Shown one piece after another: positions 54,215 to 54,547 of a DNA stretch of 54,547 nt. The position numbers and the translations under genes are program-made. The first letter of the stretch is position 1, and the number at the start of each line of letters is the position of its first letter. The stretch spans positions 1 to 54,547 of the forward strand of contig JBMNUR010000002.1 in assembly GCA_050946395.1 (NCBI GenBank), given 5' to 3'. The notes beneath the pieces were generated by a model that did no database searches, was not told the DNA's origin, and was given only the letters and a program-made list of their open reading frames with translations. The DNA comes from Peptococcales bacterium (lineage in GTDB: Bacteria > Bacillota > Peptococcia > Peptococcales > BICA1-8).

Positions 54215-54547
54215 CTAAATCAAATTTTCATTTTTAAATTTTTTAGTTACGGCCAACTTCAATTTTTGATATTTTGGTAGATCTAGGCCCTCTTTAATAA
54301 TTTCTTCTGCAATCTTTTTGGTTTTCTCTAAAATTGCACTATCTTTTATTAAATCAGCTATTTTTAAATCGGGTAAACCATGTTGTTTTGTACCGAAAAA
54401 TTCACCTGGTCCCCTGATTTTTAGATCTTGTTCAGCTACAAAAAAACCGTCTGTACTTTCAGTCATAACCCTCATCCGTGCCTTTCCTTCTTCGGTCTTA
54501 GGTTCAGCAATCAAGATACAATAACTTTGGGCCTGTCCCCGCCCTAC
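54215..54547 (-). CDS. recG: ATP-dependent DNA helicase RecG, C-terminal part (gene runs off window end)
   Basis: STDGFFVAEQDLKIRGPGEFFGTKQHGLPDLKIADL is a RecG C-terminal motif. The frame stays open to 54547. Confidence 0.85.
   Translation of the reverse strand, partial: VGRGQAQSYCILIAEPKTEEGKARMRVMTESTDGFFVAEQDLKIRGPGEFFGTKQHGLPDLKIADLIKDSAILEKTKKIAEEIIKEGLDLPKYQKLKLAVTKKFKNENLI

Noticed and set aside
1-54547. Mobile elements, prophage, defence or toxin-antitoxin systems, tRNA/rRNA genes
   Set aside because: No transposase, integrase, recombinase, restriction, Cas or abortive-infection-like ORFs, and no tRNA cloverleaf or rRNA signatures, were recognised on either strand. Every sizeable ORF is explained by core metabolism, translation or sporulation functions.

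Overview
AT-rich 54.5-kb chromosomal segment from an endospore-forming low-GC Firmicute; the gene order looks Clostridia-like. About 60 genes, all but three on the minus strand. Nearly all are recognisable housekeeping genes. In window order: yraN; a DUF401-like permease; a creatininase-family hydrolase heading a LIV-type ABC transporter operon; an 11-gene nuo operon with no nuoEFG; rnhB-rbgA-lepB; the rplS-trmD-rimM-ylqD-KH-rpsP-ffh-ylxM block; a four-gene 5'-methylthioadenosine/5'-deoxyadenosine salvage module (mtaD, class II aldolase, mtnA, mtnP) fused to the end of smc-ftsY; a radical SAM gene and rnc; the fab cluster (fabF, fabK-like, acpP, fabG, fabD, fabK, fabH, plsX, fapR); rpmF-yceD; pta; tmcAL; a patatin-like lipase; ylbJ; rsmD; gpr with tandem alpha/beta SASP genes; and the 3' end of recG. 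I saw no tRNA or rRNA genes, CRISPR array, transposase, integrase, prophage, toxin-antitoxin or known defence genes, and no obviously novel protein-coding system. What the gene map does not explain is non-coding. (i) Period-7 (TAGTGAC)n arrays abut the Shine-Dalgarno of several operon-internal genes. (ii) A CGTCTATTCGT..GGGC word family is attached to gene 3' ends. (iii) GC-richer palindromic 'AATCTT/AAGATC' elements lie in intergenic gaps. (iv) Two long ORF-free blocks exist: 357 nt inside the fab operon and about 350 nt downstream of nuo. Two SD-led small ORFs are missing from the ORF track: a 57-aa basic protein and a 39-aa truncated SASP-like protein. Many ORF-track starts were moved to SD-supported internal starts. 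All family assignments rest on motif recognition and memory, not on database searches.
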